The notes beneath the pieces are model-generated. The model saw only the letters and a list, made by a program, of their open reading frames with translations. It did not search any database and was not told the origin of the DNA. A program made the position numbers and the translations under genes. Below, piece by piece: positions 59,711 to 64,000 of a stretch of 64,000 nucleotides of DNA. Origin of the DNA: Leptospiria bacterium (lineage in GTDB: Bacteria; Spirochaetota; Leptospiria; Turneriellales; CBDBES01); contig CBDHCY010000005.1 of assembly GCA_965261485.1 (NCBI GenBank), forward strand, positions 1,228,901-1,292,900, given 5' to 3'. Positions within the stretch are counted from its first letter, which is position 1. The number at the start of each line of letters is the position of its first letter.

Positions 59711-61399
59711 GTGCTCACTGTAAAAAGAAAAATTAGTTTTGTTTTTTTCTTATGTGTTTTTTTGAATATATTTTCACAAGATCAAGTAAAACAAGAAAAA
59801 TCTACTTTTAATATCGAAGAAGAATTTATAGAAGATTTAGGTGGTGAGGAGCAACTTACTTCTGAAGAAAAAATATTAAAATTGAAAGAAAAAGATCATA
59901 TTATTGTGCAAGGTGATGATGAGCTTCTAATTAAAAGTCGTAAAAAACAAGGAACTTTGATTGAACCAATTTCAGAAAAAAATATTGAATGGAGTTTTTA
60001 CGAACAGACTCAACAATCAACAGATAATTATAATCAAGAAAAAAAATTGGAAAGAATCGCAAACATTTATGCAGGATATGGATTATACAATAATTTTTTC
60101 ATAAAGAGCTCAATCAATGCAAGCTCTAAAAATAATGCCCACGCCATTGTATATCAAAGAGCTTACCAAGAGGGTGAGGGTTATAATGGTATTATTCTTG
60201 ACAATTCTTCCTCTAATTTTGATCAAATTATTTCAACAAATATCTTCAGAATTTCTAATTTCTATCGAATTTTTCTAAAAGGCTCTTTTTTATTAAAAGA
60301 TCAGGAGCTACAAGAAAACCTTACTTTTTTCAATCAAGATCAAAGAGCACTTTTTGCAGAATTTGCCAATTTATTTGTCTTCCCTGAACAAAAATTTAAA
60401 ATCTCCGGCGAAATTCATAATATAATGTCTGAGGCCCATAGGGTGGATATCCAAGAGAAGTTATCAGAAAAAGCAAGCTTTACATCAATTGATATTAAAA
60501 GCTCATGGGACTATTTTTTCGGAGAAAGAAATTCTTTAGGTGCCACAGGTCATGTATTTTATGCAGATAATCAACTTTACAATAATAAAGCTAAACATTA
60601 TCTTCAGGGAACGATGGGAGTTTGGGTGCTTATGCCTATTTATTCTGCCATTTTGGAAAAAGATAGCGTGCCATGGAATGTTTATCTAAAAGTTAGTTTT
60701 GATGTATTTATCTCAGAACCAAATAAGGCAATATTTACTCCTAAATTCGATTTAGAAAGTCAATTGGGCATATGGTTATTTCGTTTGTCAATATATCGTA
60801 AAACTGAAACCCCTAATATTACAGAAGCTTATTTAGAAAAAAAATTTTTCAAACCAATTCATTTTGATAGTCCTGAAGATAAATGGGGTACTGGCCTTAG
60901 AAATGAACTTAATTTTCATCGAATGTCAAGAATCTTTTTGGAAGGAGGTTTCTATTATTATAATGTCTATTATTATCCAGCATTAAGCTTTGATTCTTTA
61001 TATCAATATACACCACAAAAATTACGACTTGCATATGGGCATCTCGGGTTAGAGTATACACCTTTTAAATTTATTCAATATTCTTTTGAACTAAGATATG
61101 AATATTTTATTGACCTCGTTCACTTCAGGCCACCCCTTTCATTTCTCACTGAAGTTCAAGTTAATTGGAATAAATTTATTATTGTAACTGAAGTAGAAAT
61201 TATAGATAAAAGAAGTACTCCTAATCAACTGCTATCTCTATATATTTTACTCAATTTAAATATTTCTCTAAAGCTGACTAAGGTAATGGAGTTTTATGTT
61301 ACTATAAATAATATTCTTAATCAAAGATATCTTTTATTACCACTCTACAAAACATCAGGTATCACTTTTGTTACGGGTGCTAAGATTGATATATATTGA
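59711..61399 (+). CDS. Putative outer-membrane beta-barrel protein
   Basis: 562 aa with a GTG start and signal peptide (ISFVFFLCVFLNIFSQD). It has alternating aromatic/hydrophobic beta-strand patterns and a C-terminal ...GAKIDIY. It lies immediately upstream of a TonB-dependent receptor. No plug motif was recognised. Confidence 0.4.
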   Translation: MLTVKRKISFVFFLCVFLNIFSQDQVKQEKSTFNIEEEFIEDLGGEEQLTSEEKILKLKEKDHIIVQGDDELLIKSRKKQGTLIEPISEKNIEWSFYEQTQQSTDNYNQEKKLERIANIYAGYGLYNNFFIKSSINASSKNNAHAIVYQRAYQEGEGYNGIILDNSSSNFDQIISTNIFRISNFYRIFLKGSFLLKDQELQENLTFFNQDQRALFAEFANLFVFPEQKFKISGEIHNIMSEAHRVDIQEKLSEKASFTSIDIKSSWDYFFGERNSLGATGHVFYADNQLYNNKAKHYLQGTMGVWVLMPIYSAILEKDSVPWNVYLKVSFDVFISEPNKAIFTPKFDLESQLGIWLFRLSIYRKTETPNITEAYLEKKFFKPIHFDSPEDKWGTGLRNELNFHRMSRIFLEGGFYYYNVYYYPALSFDSLYQYTPQKLRLAYGHLGLEYTPFKFIQYSFELRYEYFIDLVHFRPPLSFLTEVQVNWNKFIIVTEVEIIDKRSTPNQLLSLYILLNLNISLKLTKVMEFYVTINNILNQRYLLLPLYKTSGITFVTGAKIDIY

Positions 61400-61457
61400 T
61401 TACTTTATATATTTACATGTTTATTCAAAACGATTAAATCGATAAAAGAACAATATT

Positions 61458-63524
61458 GTGAAAAATATTTTTTGTCGAATTATAATTTGGATATTTTTGA
61501 CCTTAACATTCATCAAAACCAATTTCATTGTTTTAAATAAAAAAAATATAAAAGAGGAGCAACAAAAAAATAATAGAAATAAAATTTATGTAAGTGCTCA
61601 GCGTGATCATCCTAAAAATTTAAATGAGAAAGGAAATTCTATTTATTTATCCGAAGATGCAAATAAATCAGAAAATTATTTATCAGATATTCTTCAGAAA
61701 CAATCAGGAGTCACTCTCAAACGCTACGGAGGACCAGGAAGTTTTAGTGAGCTATCTATTCGAGGCTCTTATTCTCATCAAACAAATATTTATATTGATG
61801 GAATTTTAATGAATAATGCACTAGGAGCTGGAGTTAATCTTGAAGAGTTTCCTATTGATTTATTTAGTAAAGTTGAAATTTATCCCTCTTACATTCCAAC
61901 CCACCTTTTGGGTAATAATTTAGGCGGGGCTGTCGATTTAATCCCTCAATTTTCTACAGATAAAACAAAAAATTTATTCTTTAAAACCTTCGCTCATAGT
62001 TTGTACGGTGGTGGCTTAGGTATTGGACTTGTTGATAAAAACCAAATTCACTTCGCCTATCTTGAGGGGAGTTTAAATCAGTATCGTTATTTAGATGACA
62101 ATGGTACAAAATTAATCAATTCTAGAGACGATAAAATGAAGAAACGTGAAAATGAAGATTATCTTCAAGGTAGCTATACTAGTTTTTTTAGAATACCCAT
62201 CGCAGAAAAAAATATCAAGGTCTTTATTAATTATTTTGGAAAAGAGCGTGGACTTCCCGGACCTCTTAATTTTAAGTTGCATAAAGCTCGCTACGATATC
62301 CATCGACTGATTATCAAACCATCAATTGACTATGCTATTTCTTCTCAAATATTTTTAAATATATTGGCTGGATTCGTTGGACAATACTCTTATCTTGATG
62401 ACCCTGATAATGAACTTTTTTTTTTCAAATCAAAACGCAAACGATATTCCCTGAACAATCAAGTAGCACTAAGACCTACTTTTTTTCTATTTTCTGAGAG
62501 ATTAATTATTCATTCTTCTTTTACTTACGCTTTTCATAAATTATATCTTAACGAGCAAACTTTAGGTCAACGTATGAAAGTGGAATTTGGCACATCAGCA
62601 AAATATATTCCTTTCTCGTGGTTAGGGTATTTGAGTGTAGGAGGGAAATATCTATATATTCCAGATACACCAGGTAAAGTATATCAGAATATTCTTTTTA
62701 TTCAACCTGACTTAAACATAAAACATAATCATTTATTTGGTGGAAGTATAAGAGCAGGAATTTACCCACTCAATATTTTTAATAAAATAAGAAAAAACAA
62801 AAAAAAAAAAGATCTACTCGAGTTTTTCATGATGATTTCTCATGCTGAGCGAACACCTTCTTTAAGTGAAGCTTATGGAGATGGCTCTTTTTTATTACCC
62901 AATTCAAAACTTAATAATGAAAATTCAATTACTTATACAACTGGTTTATTCAAAAAAAAAGATTATAAAATAGTCACGTATTCTTTTGACATCTCCTATT
63001 TTTATACTCAGTCAAGAAATCTCATTATTTTAATTAGTAATTCTCGTAGAAGTGCTAAATATTTTAATATTTCAGCTTCTTACAGTCATGGTATAGAATT
63101 TGATTTAAAGTTTTTTTATTCTACTTATTTTTTAATTGATATTAAAGCCTCCTATCTAAGAGCAATCGATAATAGTGATCTTACTTTTTATAGAGGAAAA
63201 TTCTTACCTTTCAAACCAATTTATATCATCACAGGATACCTTGAAGGAGGTTATCAACGATTACAAAGTTTTCTAAATTTTACATGGCGAGGACAAGTAT
63301 ATCGTGATCGCTTTAATCAAAAAAGAAGTCTTATACCGAATCAATTTTTTCTGGATATCGGCCTAATATATTATTTTCAGAAAAATAGAAATTATTCTAT
63401 TTTATTCAAAGTAAAAAATATATTAGGGAACTTTGTAAGTGATATTCTTAATTATCCTCTACCTGGACGATATTTTGAATTACGATGTACGGGAAAGTTG
63501 GAGTTTGAAGGAGGTAAAATTTAA
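61458..63524 (+). CDS. TonB-dependent receptor
   Basis: 688 aa with a signal peptide and plug-domain motif (LSDILQKQSGVTLKRYGGPGSFSELSIRGSYSHQTNIYIDGILMN). The C-terminal barrel ends near ...LPGRYFELRCTGKLEF. Confidence 0.75.
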   Translation: MKNIFCRIIIWIFLTLTFIKTNFIVLNKKNIKEEQQKNNRNKIYVSAQRDHPKNLNEKGNSIYLSEDANKSENYLSDILQKQSGVTLKRYGGPGSFSELSIRGSYSHQTNIYIDGILMNNALGAGVNLEEFPIDLFSKVEIYPSYIPTHLLGNNLGGAVDLIPQFSTDKTKNLFFKTFAHSLYGGGLGIGLVDKNQIHFAYLEGSLNQYRYLDDNGTKLINSRDDKMKKRENEDYLQGSYTSFFRIPIAEKNIKVFINYFGKERGLPGPLNFKLHKARYDIHRLIIKPSIDYAISSQIFLNILAGFVGQYSYLDDPDNELFFFKSKRKRYSLNNQVALRPTFFLFSERLIIHSSFTYAFHKLYLNEQTLGQRMKVEFGTSAKYIPFSWLGYLSVGGKYLYIPDTPGKVYQNILFIQPDLNIKHNHLFGGSIRAGIYPLNIFNKIRKNKKKKDLLEFFMMISHAERTPSLSEAYGDGSFLLPNSKLNNENSITYTTGLFKKKDYKIVTYSFDISYFYTQSRNLIILISNSRRSAKYFNISASYSHGIEFDLKFFYSTYFLIDIKASYLRAIDNSDLTFYRGKFLPFKPIYIITGYLEGGYQRLQSFLNFTWRGQVYRDRFNQKRSLIPNQFFLDIGLIYYFQKNRNYSILFKVKNILGNFVSDILNYPLPGRYFELRCTGKLEFEGGKI

Positions 63525-63879
63525 ACTAGATTATTTTTTTAATAAATCTACGACAAAAAATAATTAATAAATTTACTGTAAAAAATTAGTAAACTATAAA
63601 GATAATATAAATTTTTCTATGGATAATATAGAGATCAAATGAGAGTAATTTAAGGATAAATTATTATTTTAAATTTTATAATCGACACAGTGCTTTTCAA
63701 TAAACTAAAGACTATCATAATTCAAGTTTATATTAGTCATGAAGAAATTATTTGAGAATGTTGAATGATAATTTTAAAGGAGTATTTTCACATATTTATA
63801 AGTGAATAGTCTTTTTTTATCCTATTAGTTAAGCTTTTAAAGTTGAAGTGATTATATCTGTTTCATATAGAAAATTATT

Positions 63880-64000
63880 ATGTTAAAAAAATATTTTTTA
63901 CAAATTACAATAATCATTCTTGGCATACTTTGTTCATGCACGAGTAGACAAATTATTACCCAACAAATATTTTTTAGTCAATATCTTAAATATAATTTGA
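63880..64000 (+). CDS. Partial CDS (5' end only): putative lipoprotein
   Basis: An ATG at 63880 opens MLKKYFLQITIIILGILCSCTSRQ..., a signal peptide with a lipobox-like LCSC. The frame is still open at the window edge. Confidence 0.35.
   Translation, partial: MLKKYFLQITIIILGILCSCTSRQIITQQIFFSQYLKYNL

Overview
Visibly AT-rich chromosomal window, probably from a Leptospira-like spirochaete. The lineage call is an inference from a FlaB-type core flagellin, a plant-type FNR ending in Tyr (as described for Leptospira), LpxA, TonB-dependent receptors and lipobox-type signal peptides. Most of the window is housekeeping: a cysS-rlmB operon, nadE, lpxA, recJ, bactofilin, cobO, menA/menB and flaB. Three accessory, repeat-driven regions stand out. 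(1) 6.5-9.8 kb holds seven tandem small genes for a coiled-coil, C-terminally membrane-anchored protein. The copies differ almost only in the number of a 33-bp (11-aa) repeat, an architecture like Borrelia Bdr. (2) 15.2-23.7 kb holds two paralogous FN3/GLUG-repeat lipoprotein genes. The stop codon of each abuts a GC/CpG-rich, co-oriented array of degenerate 42-47-bp units (about 37 and about 25 units). Some units are recognisable copies of the gene's own last codons plus stop. The two gene-plus-array modules flank an Rpn/YhgA-type recombination-promoting nuclease gene and a perfect 8-bp x19 microsatellite. I consider this the best candidate for an undescribed system. (3) 31.4-42.3 kb holds four more head-to-tail GLUG lipoprotein paralogs, one broken by a 2-bp deletion. 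They vary in module number and carry long (TCT)n serine microsatellites. No rRNA, tRNA, CRISPR array, cas gene, reverse transcriptase or classical transposase was seen. All functional calls come from motif recognition by eye; no searches were run.
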